Source: Thermoplasmatales archaeon SW_10_69_26
Lineage (GTDB): Archaea; Thermoplasmatota; SW-10-69-26
DNA length: 64,000 bases
Assembly: GCA_003009755.1 (NCBI GenBank)
Contig: PXUB01000025.1
Location: 9,393-73,392 of the forward strand
Direction: 5' to 3'
Positions 1 through 8,493 of the stretch are shown here, piece by piece; positions within the stretch are counted from its first letter, which is position 1, and each line of letters starts with the position of its first letter. The notes below the pieces were generated by a model that was given only the letters and a program-made list of their open reading frames with translations, was not told the origin of the DNA and did not search any database. Position numbers and translations under genes: made by a program.

Positions 1-320
1 GCGAGGTCAAGAACAGCGTCCTCATGGCCGGCGCCAAGGTCCCCCACGTCAGCTACGTCGGGGACAGCGTGCTCGGGGCCGACGTCAACCTCGGCGCGGG
101 CACCCAAGTGGCCAACCTCCGCCACGACGAGGCCGACATCCAGGCCCGAACCAAGCGCGGCACGATCGACACCGGGCGGCGCAAGCTCGGCGTCGTGCTC
201 GGAGACGGAGCCAAGACGGGCATCAACGCGACGCTGAACGTCGGCGTCGTGCTCGGCCCGGGCGAGACGGTGAAGCCCGGCGAGACGGTGGACGAGAGCC
301 GCGTCGACGGGGAGAGCTGA
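1..320 (+). CDS. 3' end of a sugar-1-phosphate nucleotidyltransferase with a left-handed beta-helix (hexapeptide-repeat) C-terminal domain, GlmU/RmlA-like. The gene starts upstream of the window.
   Basis: The frame is open from nt 3. The translation ...EVKNSVLMAGAKVPHVSYVGDSVLGADVNLGAGTQVANL... shows the hexapeptide repeat pattern typical of the C-terminal LbH domain of bifunctional nucleotidyltransferases. Stop at 318-320. Confidence 0.55.
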   Translation, partial: EVKNSVLMAGAKVPHVSYVGDSVLGADVNLGAGTQVANLRHDEADIQARTKRGTIDTGRRKLGVVLGDGAKTGINATLNVGVVLGPGETVKPGETVDESRVDGES

Positions 321-472
321 GGCCGACCTCCACCCGGTGGCCCTCGTCCCCACGGCCCTGGGTCGCGATCGGTCCGCGACCGGCCGTTCCCTCGAGCGCT
401 CGAGCTTCCCGGCCGTCGGGCGGCCGGTTCAAGGGGGCAGAGGGGAACGTTCAAGTTGTACCGGGCGCAACA

Positions 473-769
473 ATGTATACGATGTCTACGACGGTGCGGA
501 TCCGGGAGGACGACAAGCAGGCCCTCGACCGGCTGCAGGCCAAGATCACCCTCGCGACCGACGAGCGGCCCTCGCTGGCGCAGGTCCTCCACCGCGTCGT
601 CGCGTTGGCCGAGGCTCGCGAGGACGAGTTGATCGCCGACGACGAGCCGCCGGAGCTCAGCAAGGAGGAGAAGCAGCGGGTCCTCGAGGCGACGCACGAT
701 TTCGGCTTCACCACACGCGAGGAGGACATCGACGAGGTCCTCTACGGAGGAGCGGAGGACCGCGTGTGA
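473..769 (+). CDS. Ribbon-helix-helix antitoxin (VapB-like).
   Basis: A 98-aa acidic protein (MSTTVRIREDDKQALDRLQAKI...) with an RHH-like N-terminus. Its stop overlaps the start of the downstream PIN gene by 4 nt (GTGTGA), which suggests translational coupling. Confidence 0.55.
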   Translation: MYTMSTTVRIREDDKQALDRLQAKITLATDERPSLAQVLHRVVALAEAREDELIADDEPPELSKEEKQRVLEATHDFGFTTREEDIDEVLYGGAEDRV

Positions 770-1206
770 GCATCCTCATCGACACCGGAGTCTGGTTCGG
801 CAAGCTGCATGAGCGTGACGAGCATCACGAGGACGCCCAGGGCATCGTCGCGGCCTGCCTCGACGGGGAGCACGGCTCGGTCTTCACCACGACCGACATC
901 GTGGACGAGGCCTTCGCGCTCGTCCTCCATCGCGCTCGCGGCAACGGTCGGGGGATGGTTCGCGATCTCGCAGGGTACACAGGCTTCACGGAGGATCGAC
1001 CGACGATCGCGACCGTGGTCGACACCGACCGTCGTCGCCAGCAGGAGGCGTGGCCGGTCTTCGAGCGCCACTACGAGGACAAGGGCCTCAGCTTCACCGA
1101 CTGCACGAGCCTCGTCGCGATCCGCCGGCGGGGCATCGACGCCATCGCCAGCTTCGACGACGGCTTCGACGGTCTCGTCGCGACGGTGCCGGAGACCGCG
1201 CCGTGA
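766..1206 (+). CDS. vapC: PIN-domain ribonuclease toxin (VapC).
   Basis: GTG start overlapping the antitoxin stop. Conserved PIN acidic residues: ILIDTG (D), TTDIVDEA, SFTDCTS, FDDGFD. About 146 aa. Confidence 0.75.
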   Translation: MSILIDTGVWFGKLHERDEHHEDAQGIVAACLDGEHGSVFTTTDIVDEAFALVLHRARGNGRGMVRDLAGYTGFTEDRPTIATVVDTDRRRQQEAWPVFERHYEDKGLSFTDCTSLVAIRRRGIDAIASFDDGFDGLVATVPETAP

Positions 1207-1282
1207 GGGCCCACCGGCTTCGAGAGCAAGTCGAAGATGCAGTCCGAAAAGACTTAGTGTTACTACAACGAACTTGTTCGAA

Positions 1283-1618
1283 ATGGGGATCACGACGCGG
1301 ACGCGAGAGAAGCTCGCCCGAGCGATCCAGCCTCACGCGCTGGGTCGGGGCCTGACCGTCGCCCAGGTGCGCAAGCTCTACCCGGCCGAGGCCGTGCGGC
1401 GCACCAGCGTGATGGAGGCCCTGCGCGACCTGGAGGCGATGGGCCGGATCGAGTGGGTCGGGGAGAGGGTCCGCTGGGTGGGGCCCCTCGAGGTCGAGCG
1501 GGTCTTCGGGGAACAGAGCAAGCGGGTCGAGCGCGACCGCCGCCTCGACCGGGCCCAGCGCCTGGCACGGGCCATCGAGGTCTCGGAGGAGCTGATCGCG
1601 GTCCGCGGGAGCGCATGA
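1283..1618 (+). CDS. Small winged-helix protein, putative antitoxin or regulator partner of the downstream nucleotidyltransferase.
   Basis: A 111-aa product; TVAQVRKLYPAEAVRRTSVMEALRDLEAMGRIEWVGE resembles a MarR/TrmB-type wHTH. Its stop (TGA 1616-1618) overlaps the ATG (1615) of the next gene in an ATGA junction. Confidence 0.45.
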   Translation: MGITTRTREKLARAIQPHALGRGLTVAQVRKLYPAEAVRRTSVMEALRDLEAMGRIEWVGERVRWVGPLEVERVFGEQSKRVERDRRLDRAQRLARAIEVSEELIAVRGSA

Positions 1619-2148
1619 GCCGCCTCCTCGGCGCCCTCCACGGTTCGCTGGAAGCCCTCGAGGCCGAGGGCATCCCGCATGCGATCTCGGGCAGCCTGGC
1701 GGCCGCCCACCACGGCTACGTCCGGGCGACCGAGGACGTGGACATCCAGGTAGCCATCGAGAGCCCGACGGAGTTGCAGGCGGCAGCGGGGCGCTTGGCC
1801 GACGGCGTGCACCGGATCGACGCGAGGACATGGTCCTTCGCCCGAGAGGTGACCGTCGAACTCTACGAGGTCCGCGATCGGCTCGACGAGGAGGCCATGG
1901 CCCACCGGGTCGAGGGCCCCCTCCCCGGAGACGAGGAGACCACCGCCTCCTTCGTCGGCCTGGAGGAGCTGATGGTCCTCAAGCTCCGAGAGCACGTCCG
2001 CCACGGCCACGGCCTCAAGCACGTCGCAGACGTGCAGCAGTTGCTCGCCCGCAACCACGACCGCCTCGACGGCGAGCGGCTCGACGAGCTGTTGGCCCTC
2101 GATCCCGAGTGGCGGGAAACCTGGGACGAGCTCGTCGAGACCTCCTGA
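1615..2148 (+). CDS. Minimal nucleotidyltransferase (MNT / Pol-beta superfamily), TA-like module.
   Basis: HAISGSLAAAHHGYVRATEDVDIQV matches the hG[GS]...[DE]h[DE]h NTase signature. The protein is 177 aa and its start ATG (1615) overlaps the upstream wHTH gene stop in an ATGA junction. Confidence 0.6.
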   Translation: MSRLLGALHGSLEALEAEGIPHAISGSLAAAHHGYVRATEDVDIQVAIESPTELQAAAGRLADGVHRIDARTWSFAREVTVELYEVRDRLDEEAMAHRVEGPLPGDEETTASFVGLEELMVLKLREHVRHGHGLKHVADVQQLLARNHDRLDGERLDELLALDPEWRETWDELVETS

Positions 2149-2575
2149 GCCGATCGCCCCCCAGCCGGCGCTCTCCAGCCTGGCCGTCGTCGGGTTCCGC
2201 GTTCGAGCAGAGGACCGGATCGCTGGAGGGGTAGTCGGTGTCGGCGTCCCCAGCGAGCCCGCCAAGATGGGCCCCAACACCACACTGAACGTCGACCTGC
2301 TCCTGGGACCCGACCACGAAGCTCGCGAGGGTTCCACAATGGAACGCTACGTCGTCGACGGCCGCGAGGCCGCCAGCGGGATGGACGGCACGGTCCGTGG
2401 AGGCCGGTCCGAACATCTGTGCCCCCGCGGACTCGACTTGAACCACTAGCCCGGTTTCCTTCCATACTCCGCGGTCTGCGTGGAGGTGGACGGTGGGAGA
2501 AGAGGAGGAAGAGAGGGGGGAGAGCCCGGCGCAGGGTCGCGGAGGGCCAGCGCCGGGCGAGGGGATGGATCCAGC

Positions 2576-3160
2576 CTACGTCGTGTCCTTGGGCATCTCC
2601 TTGCAGTCGATCGAGACGTCGAGGATCGTGCTGTCGCGCACGGACATGGTGACGATGTGGTTGCCCTCCTTCTGGCAGGGGAGGTAGAGGTACTCGCCCA
2701 CGTCCCAGTCGTTGCTGGCTAGGTCGGTGAAGAAGCGCTCCGTCTCGTCGGCAGTGTCCAGCGTTCCGTCACCGCCGTGGTCTCGCAGGCACTCGCCTTG
2801 CGCGGAGTCGGAGGCGCTGGCACCGCCGTTCTGCGCGGCCACGCACAGGTGGGCATCACCGAGGCTGTTCCCATCGGAATCGGTGGCCGAGTAGGTTACG
2901 TCGTCCTCCTTGTAAGCGGCGTTCTCACCTTGGGTCAACGTGACCTGAATCCACTCCTCGTCGCCGTTGTCGTTCAAGTCGATGGCTTTGGCCGTGGCGC
3001 TGGCCTGCTCGGGTCCGTCCTGTTCGCTGGCGAACCCGCTCACCCACACGTACACCGTCGCCGCCAGGACCACCGTGATCGCCACCATCAGGATCACGGC
3101 GATCACCGGTGAAACGCCCTCGTCGGAACGGAGCTTCTCGATAGCTTTCTCGATGCTCAT
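2576..3160 (-). CDS. pilA: Archaeal type IV pilin-like protein (PilA family, class III signal peptide).
   Basis: The N-terminus MSIEKAIEKLRSDEGVSPVIAVILMVAITVVLAATVYVWVSGF has the conserved hydrophobic H-domain VSPVI(G/A)VILMVAIT of haloarchaeal PilA pilins and a prepilin-peptidase site. It is 194 aa with an acidic, Cys-containing C-terminal domain. A GGGGAG Shine-Dalgarno-like sequence lies 5 nt upstream. Confidence 0.75.
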   Translation of the reverse strand: MSIEKAIEKLRSDEGVSPVIAVILMVAITVVLAATVYVWVSGFASEQDGPEQASATAKAIDLNDNGDEEWIQVTLTQGENAAYKEDDVTYSATDSDGNSLGDAHLCVAAQNGGASASDSAQGECLRDHGGDGTLDTADETERFFTDLASNDWDVGEYLYLPCQKEGNHIVTMSVRDSTILDVSIDCKEMPKDTT

Positions 3161-3172
3161 CGTGGTCTCCCC

Positions 3173-3688
3173 TTACTGAGGAGCCGAGGACTTCTCGTCG
3201 CAGGTCACGGAGGTGTCCAAGATCGTGCTGTCCCGGACCGAAATCGTGACGAGGTGGGTGCCCTCCTCCTGGCAGGGTACCCACAGGTTCTGGCCGACCT
3301 TCCAGTCGCTGGACGACGACTTGAAGTCGTTCGTACACTCGTCGCTACCACCCTGCTTGGCGTCGGTACAGAAGTGGGTGTCGATCGCCAGCGAGTTCCC
3401 GGACGGATCCGTGCCCGACGTGGTCACGTCGTCCGACCCGTAGGGTGCGTTCTCGCCGCTCGTCAGCGTCACTTTCACCCACTCTACGTCACCGTTGTCG
3501 CCGAGGTCGACCCCGCTGGCGGTTGCGCTCGCTTGCTCGGGCCCCTCCTGCTCGCTGGCGAACCCACTCACCCAAACATACACTGTCGCTGCGAGCACGA
3601 CCGTGATCGCCACCATCAGGATCACCGCGATCACGGGGGAGACGCCCTCGTCAGCTTTCAGTGCGTTGATTCGTTCTCTGAGAGTCAT
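3173..3688 (-). CDS. pilA: Archaeal type IV pilin-like protein (PilA family), paralog of the downstream gene.
   Basis: MTLRERINALKADEGVSPVIAVILMVAITVVLAATVYVWVSGFASEQ... is near-identical to the 2576..3160 product over about 45 aa at the N-terminus. The C-terminal domain diverges but keeps 4 Cys. Confidence 0.75.
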   Translation of the reverse strand: MTLRERINALKADEGVSPVIAVILMVAITVVLAATVYVWVSGFASEQEGPEQASATASGVDLGDNGDVEWVKVTLTSGENAPYGSDDVTTSGTDPSGNSLAIDTHFCTDAKQGGSDECTNDFKSSSSDWKVGQNLWVPCQEEGTHLVTISVRDSTILDTSVTCDEKSSAPQ

Positions 3689-3760
3689 GCTATGTCCTCC
3701 GGAACCGACCCGTTACCACACGGCCAAGTTCCACACCGCCATGCTCGTCGGCTACCCCAC

Positions 3761-3776
3761 TTAAATGTTCAATAAA
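3761..3776 (-). promoter_or_regulatory. AT-rich TATA/BRE-like element upstream of the pilin operon.
   Basis: ttaaatgttcaataaa is the only strongly AT-rich patch in a ~70% GC context. It lies 73-88 nt upstream of the pilin start at 3688 on the minus strand (read as TTTATTGAACATTTAA). Confidence 0.3.
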
Positions 3777-4283
3777 GGGGAGACCACCCAGTCGACCATG
3801 GAGCAGGGACGGGCACTCGACCTACCCGTAGCGGAAGATCGGGAGAGGGAAGAGGACTGGGAGACCCCGGCCCCTCCACACGGCTCCAGATGGCGTCGAT
3901 GCATTCGTCGAGTGTGCATTCGTTGGTCCTCCAGCGTCGACGCCGACGAGGGCGCCAGCGCCGATCGGTCCCCCGTCCGCCTCGTTCCCCCTCATAAAGG
4001 TTCGAGGAGGGGCCCGCCGGGCTGTCTCGTTAAGCAGGGGCCGCGAAGGACACGAAGGATCGCCAAGGCCACGAAGGGCCTGTGACTCGCCGCCGGGCGG
4101 CGTTGTCACGGCAGCTGTCGCGTCCTTGGTGGTCCCCCCGTTTCTTATCCTTACAGCGCGGGGGCCCGCTGCCGCTTGCCCTGGGTGACGGGAGGAGGCT
4201 CTTCCGCCTGGGAGACCGGCACGTCCTCGGGGGTCACGTTGAAATACGAGGAGGGTTTTCCCCGGCCCCCCCACGGTGGCAGC

Positions 4284-4721
4284 ATGGCTCCCGACGACGA
4301 CGCTCGCGCCCGCAAAGCAGCCCACGAGGACCCCGACTGGTCCCGCCTCACCGGTAAGGAGGTCGAGGAGCTCGTGGTCGACCTGGCCGACGAAGGCAAG
4401 CAGTCCTCCGAGATCGGCACGATCCTCCGCGATCAGTACGCGGTGCCCGACGTGAAGGCCGCCACGGGGAAGAAGATCACCGCCATCATGGAGGAGAACG
4501 ACGTCGATCCCCCGGTTCCGGAGGATCTGCGCAACCTCCTCGCTCGCGCGGTGAACCTGCGCGAGCACCTCAAGGAGAACCCCAACGACCTGCACAACCG
4601 ACGCGGTCTGCAACAGATCGAGTCCAAGATCCGGAAGCTCGCCAAGTACTACAAGGAAGAGGGCGAGCTCGACCGGGAGTGGGCCTACAGCGAGCGGACC
4701 GCCAAGATGGTCGTCGAGTGA
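4284..4721 (+). CDS. rps15: 30S ribosomal protein S15 (uS15, archaeal/eukaryotic S13e type).
   Basis: MAPDDDARARKAAHEDPDWSRLTGKEVEELVVDLADEGKQSSEIGTILRDQYAVPDVKAATGKKITAIMEENDVDPPVPEDLRNLLARAVNLREHLKENPNDLHNRRGLQQIESKIRKLAKYYK... is typical archaeal S15 with an N-terminal extension. 146 aa. Confidence 0.9.
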   Translation: MAPDDDARARKAAHEDPDWSRLTGKEVEELVVDLADEGKQSSEIGTILRDQYAVPDVKAATGKKITAIMEENDVDPPVPEDLRNLLARAVNLREHLKENPNDLHNRRGLQQIESKIRKLAKYYKEEGELDREWAYSERTAKMVVE

Positions 4722-4743
4722 CCCGCGACGCTCGCGGGAGCCC

Positions 4744-6066
4744 ATGAGCCTCGAGGCTCGCTGCCGGGAAGCCGCCAAGCGCTTCGAGGACACCGATTTC
4801 CTTCGCATCGTCTCCGACGACGACGCCGACGGGATCGCAGCCGCCGGCATCCTGACCCGTGCGCTGGACCGGGCCGCGATCCCGTTCCACCTGACCCTGG
4901 ACCGGTTGCACGTCGACGAGTACCGCGACCTGCAAAGCCACGACGCGGTGCTCTTGCTCGACCAGGGCTCCGGCGAGCTCGACGAGCTGGCCAACCACCC
5001 CGGCACCGTGATCGTGCTCGACCACCACCAGATCGAGGGCCGAGCCCCGCACGCTCTCCACGTGAACGCTCACATGGAGGGCATCGACGGGACCCACGAC
5101 GCCTGCACGAGCGCGATCGCGCTCCTGACGGCGCTCGAGCTCTCGCCGGACAACGTCGACCTGGCGCCGATCGCGATGGCCGGCATCGTCGGCGACCGCC
5201 AACACGTCCCCGAGCTCGGCGAGATCAACAGCTCGATCGCGGACCGCGGCACCGACGAGGGTTCCCTGTCCATCGTCGAGGGCCTGGATCTGCCGCCGCG
5301 CGAGCCCTTGGCCGACGCGCTGGCGACGAGCACGGACCCCTACCTGCCGACGATCGGCGGGCGTGCCTCGCGAGCCGCCGGGTTCCTCGAGGAGCTGGGC
5401 TTCGAGGCCGACCACCGGCTGGTCGACCTCGACGAGGACGCTCGCGGACGGCTCACCTCCGCCATCGTGGCTCACCTGGTGAAGCACGGGGCCGAGCCGG
5501 ACGCGGTCGAGCAAACCGCCGGCCAGCGCTACGAGGGCCAGGTCTGCGGTCGCCGGATGAGCGCCGGCCGGTTGGCGGCGATCTTCAACGCCTGCGAGCG
5601 CGAGGACGAACCCTCGCTGGGTGTCGCGATCGCCCACGGCGACCGCGAGGCGCTGCGCGCCGGCGAACGCCACGTCGAACGCTACCGGGACAGCCTGCTC
5701 GAGGGCCTCGTCCAGCTCGAGAACGACCCGCCGGAGGCGCGCGCCGCGATCCAGGCCTTCGACGCGATCGATCCCGAGCTCGTGGGCGCCCACTGCGGGT
5801 TGGGGATGACCTACCTGTTCGACAAGGCCCGCCCGACGTTCGGGCTCAAGTCCAGCAACGGGAACCTGAAGATCAGCGGGCGCGCCACGCCCCAGCTCGT
5901 GGACGCCGGCGTCGATCTGGCCGAGGCGCTGGCCCAGGCCGCCGACGAGCACGACGGCAACGGCGGCGGGCATCCGATCGCGGCCGGCGCGATGATCCCC
6001 GCCGACCAGCGCGAGCCGTTCCTGGCTCGCCTCGACGAGCTCGTGGAGGCCCAGCTGCGTGGCTGA
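4744..6066 (+). CDS. DHH-family phosphoesterase, RecJ-like / GAN-type nuclease.
   Basis: DHH motifs are present (IVSDDDADG, VLDHHQ). The protein is 440 aa. The gene order rps15 then RecJ-like is widely conserved in Euryarchaeota. Confidence 0.8.
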   Translation: MSLEARCREAAKRFEDTDFLRIVSDDDADGIAAAGILTRALDRAAIPFHLTLDRLHVDEYRDLQSHDAVLLLDQGSGELDELANHPGTVIVLDHHQIEGRAPHALHVNAHMEGIDGTHDACTSAIALLTALELSPDNVDLAPIAMAGIVGDRQHVPELGEINSSIADRGTDEGSLSIVEGLDLPPREPLADALATSTDPYLPTIGGRASRAAGFLEELGFEADHRLVDLDEDARGRLTSAIVAHLVKHGAEPDAVEQTAGQRYEGQVCGRRMSAGRLAAIFNACEREDEPSLGVAIAHGDREALRAGERHVERYRDSLLEGLVQLENDPPEARAAIQAFDAIDPELVGAHCGLGMTYLFDKARPTFGLKSSNGNLKISGRATPQLVDAGVDLAEALAQAADEHDGNGGGHPIAAGAMIPADQREPFLARLDELVEAQLRG

Positions 6067-6289
6067 GCGCCGCTTCGCCCTCGACTGGTCGCTGGAGATC
6101 GAGCACGAGCACGCCGAGCAGCTGGCCGAGGCCCTGGCGCCGGAGACCGACGACCACGCCCGGCTCCGTGCCGAGGGCGATCGCCTCGTCCTCGAGGGCG
6201 AGGGCTCGGCCGGCGAGAGCCTGCACACGCTCGACGACGCGCTCGCCTGCCTGACCGGCGCCGTCGAGGTGCTCGACGAGACGGAGTGA
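6059..6289 (+). CDS. pcc1: KEOPS complex subunit Pcc1-like small protein.
   Basis: A 76-aa protein with a GTG start overlapping the recJ-like stop by 8 nt. RLRAEGDRLVLEGEGSAGESLHTLDDALACLTGAVEVLDE resembles the Pcc1 C-terminal pattern (…tv.v.a.d..aLRA.LN…L.EV.E). Confidence 0.5.
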   Translation: MAERRFALDWSLEIEHEHAEQLAEALAPETDDHARLRAEGDRLVLEGEGSAGESLHTLDDALACLTGAVEVLDETE

Positions 6290-6517
6290 CCGCCGCTCCC
6301 GCAGAGGACGGGCGCTGCTCGTCCCCGCCGGCCTCGTCCAGGTTTCCGCCGGGCAGGGTGGCGGCCAAGCCGGACGCGGTTTTCTGTCCCCCTCCGCCCA
6401 CGGCCGCGCTCACGAGTGGGGCAACTCCCAGTCAGGCAAAACGTCGACGCAGGAGTGTCGCTAGCGAGGGAGCCGGGACTGAGATCTCGCTGGTGGCTTC
6501 GTCGGGGAGCAGCGCCA

Positions 6518-6859
6518 TCACGATGATGCCGCAGCCCAGGTGCCGAGCCCGATCCGTCCGTAGGCGTCGAAGATCGTGGAGTCGACCGGCAGGTCTCCGA
6601 GCCTGTCGATCTCTCGTTGAACGCCCGACTGGAAGGTTCGCCAAAGCCAGGCGAGTAGGAGCAAAGCCGCGCCGATGAGTTTCAGCGATCGTTGGCGCTG
6701 GGCGGCGGTGTCGAAGATGCCGCCCAAGGGGATCAACCCGACCGCGGCGAACCCGCCGATCAGGTGCACGAAGAATGCCCACGTGGCGACGAGCAACATG
6801 AGCGCGGCCGACGAGAACCGCTCTCGACCCTCCTCGGCCAAGGTGCTCGTGGCCGGCAT
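6518..6859 (-). CDS. CPBP (CAAX/Abi-type) intramembrane metalloprotease core.
   Basis: EExxxR (AEEGRERF) and FxxxH (FFVHLI) motifs followed by hydrophobic helices. The ATG (6859-6857) follows an in-frame TAG (6862-6860) that ends the upstream-frame ORF. Confidence 0.5.
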   Translation of the reverse strand: MPATSTLAEEGRERFSSAALMLLVATWAFFVHLIGGFAAVGLIPLGGIFDTAAQRQRSLKLIGAALLLLAWLWRTFQSGVQREIDRLGDLPVDSTIFDAYGRIGLGTWAAASS

Positions 6860-7114
6860 CTAGGCCAGCGAGAACCCGATCGGTACGAAGAACGCCCGGC
6901 CCCAGAAACGGGCTGTGCTCGGTATCAGGCCGACGAACGCGGCCGCGGGAATCGCTGCCGGGTCCGGTCTCAACAAGGCGTAGACGCCGAACGAGATGAA
7001 CGCCATCCACGCGGCGGGCAGGTACTCGAACATCGGCTGCCAGCCAACCCCCGTGAGCTCTTGTACTTCGGCGAAGAGCAGGTGGTAGCCGTGTTCGTGC
7101 ACGGCGCCGCGCAA
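6860..7114 (-). CDS. Two-helix membrane fragment, probably the N-terminal part of the same CPBP protease gene.
   Basis: 84 aa with two predicted TM helices, in the same frame as 6518..6859. It ends at an amber TAG directly abutting the ATG of the next ORF. CPBP proteases normally carry N-terminal helices before EExxxR. Confidence 0.35.
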   Translation of the reverse strand: MRGAVHEHGYHLLFAEVQELTGVGWQPMFEYLPAAWMAFISFGVYALLRPDPAAIPAAAFVGLIPSTARFWGRAFFVPIGFSLA

Positions 7115-7992
7115 GGGGAAAGCCCTCCTGGTCCCTCGTGTCTCCCGTCACCCAGTTGACGAACACGGTGTCTGTACGCTGGATGCCGGAGATGTATCCT
7201 CAGTGTACGTTTGCGTCGACGTGCATCATGTACTCGTCCCCGTCGCGCTCGCCGGTGACGAAGTAGTCGAACATCGCGCGGCCGAGGGTGACGAGCGCGG
7301 GGACCTCCTCGGGGATCCCGTTCTGATCGTTGAAGGTGTCCAGGTGGAGGACGAACCCGCTGGAGAACACGAACAGCAAGGCCAGGCCGAGGCCGAGCCC
7401 GGTGGCCAGTTTCTTGCAGGCGGCGCCGGACAGGCGCGAGGCATCCGGCTCGGGTAGGTTAGCCCTTCGGTTGGCTTCCTCGTCGCTGGCTTCCCATCAT
7501 ACGCTTCCCGGTCGACGGAGCGAGCCCCACCATAGAGCGATGCAACGGGGTCGATCGGATTTCGCGAGTCCACCATCAGCGAGTTTTTCCTTGCTTTCTT
7601 TGAGATCCAACGGGCGAACAGAGGGTGTGCGCGGCGCCTTGGCGCTGGCCGTTTGGTTTCAGGGACCTGCTCTCCGGTTTCTGTATGCTTGGTCGCGTAC
7701 ATCCGGACGGGATGGTTGGCGCCAGAGAGGAATTAGCGGCCATCGTTCAGGATCTCGGCGAAGCCGACGCGGAGTTGGTCCTGAGCTCCGTTCACCTGCT
7801 CCGGACTGAGAACGGAAAAGCGGCTCGAGCTCTCCGTTCAGCACTCCTCGAGAGCCGTCGAGGAGGCCGCGACGGTGAACGCCCAGCACGTTGACGGTCT
7901 CGCGTTCGAGGTGTAGCCCGACCGCGAGGAGGTGCGGGCGCCGGGAGGGGACACGGCCGTCCGGCCGGGCGATTGACCATTGTCAGACCGCC

Positions 7993-8493
7993 TCAGTCCT
8001 CGGCGGCTTCCTTGAGCCTCTCGTAGAGCTTCGGTGACAGGTAATAGCCGAGTTCGAGGAGTCGGTCCAGTCGGCGCTCGAAGCCCCCGCTCGTGAGATC
8101 GCCGCGGCGGGCAGACCTCAGCAACAGGAAGGGCGTGCTGACGGGCGAGAGGTCCAACGTCTTCGCCGCTTGGATGGCGGTCTTGTCGTCGAGGATCACC
8201 TCGTCGATCTCCCGTTCGAGGGCCAAGGCGAGCACGGAGGATTCCCCCTCGTGGATGTTGGCGAGGTTGTGGGGGAGCCGGTCGGGGTCGGCCTGGATGG
8301 GTTGGATCCGGCCTTGGTCGACGACCGTATTGATGAGGTCGATCTCGGCGTGCTGCTCGGGGTTGCGAGCCCGGATCTTGTCCAGAACGATCAGAGTGGT
8401 TGCGACAGGTTCGGGCAACAGATCGAGCTCGCCCAGCTTTCCCAGGAAGATGAGCGGAGAGGCGTTGACGACACTCTCGACGTCGGATCTCAC
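7993..8493 (-). CDS. DUF3368-family PIN-like protein (putative toxin).
   Basis: The N-terminus VVNASPLIFLGKLGELDLLPE and the C-terminal helical part match the DUF3368 pattern. It overlaps the upstream gene in an ATGA junction. Confidence 0.55.
   Translation of the reverse strand: MRSDVESVVNASPLIFLGKLGELDLLPEPVATTLIVLDKIRARNPEQHAEIDLINTVVDQGRIQPIQADPDRLPHNLANIHEGESSVLALALEREIDEVILDDKTAIQAAKTLDLSPVSTPFLLLRSARRGDLTSGGFERRLDRLLELGYYLSPKLYERLKEAAED

Noticed and set aside
53-697. Long Arg/Pro/Ala-rich ORFs on the strand opposite to, or out of frame with, real genes. Examples: 53..697-, 3822..5006-, 4570..6228-, 21566..23425+, 24563..27358+, 30901..33378-, 39054..42914-, 52339..55572-, 18697..20040-.
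   Set aside because: At about 70% GC, stop codons are rare in all six frames. These translations are low-complexity (R/P/A/G-rich), lack domain signatures and overlap well-supported genes, so they are spurious.
1283-1618. R-x4-H (RAIQPH) in the small protein upstream of the nucleotidyltransferase, considered as a HEPN toxin motif.
   Set aside because: The motif is N-terminal rather than in the C-terminal helix. The protein looks like a wHTH, not an all-alpha HEPN.
6857-6862. In-frame TAG within the CPBP frame read as pyrrolysine.
   Set aside because: Pyl decoding is restricted to a few methanogen and bacterial lineages. No evidence here. Nonsense mutation or gene boundary is far more likely.
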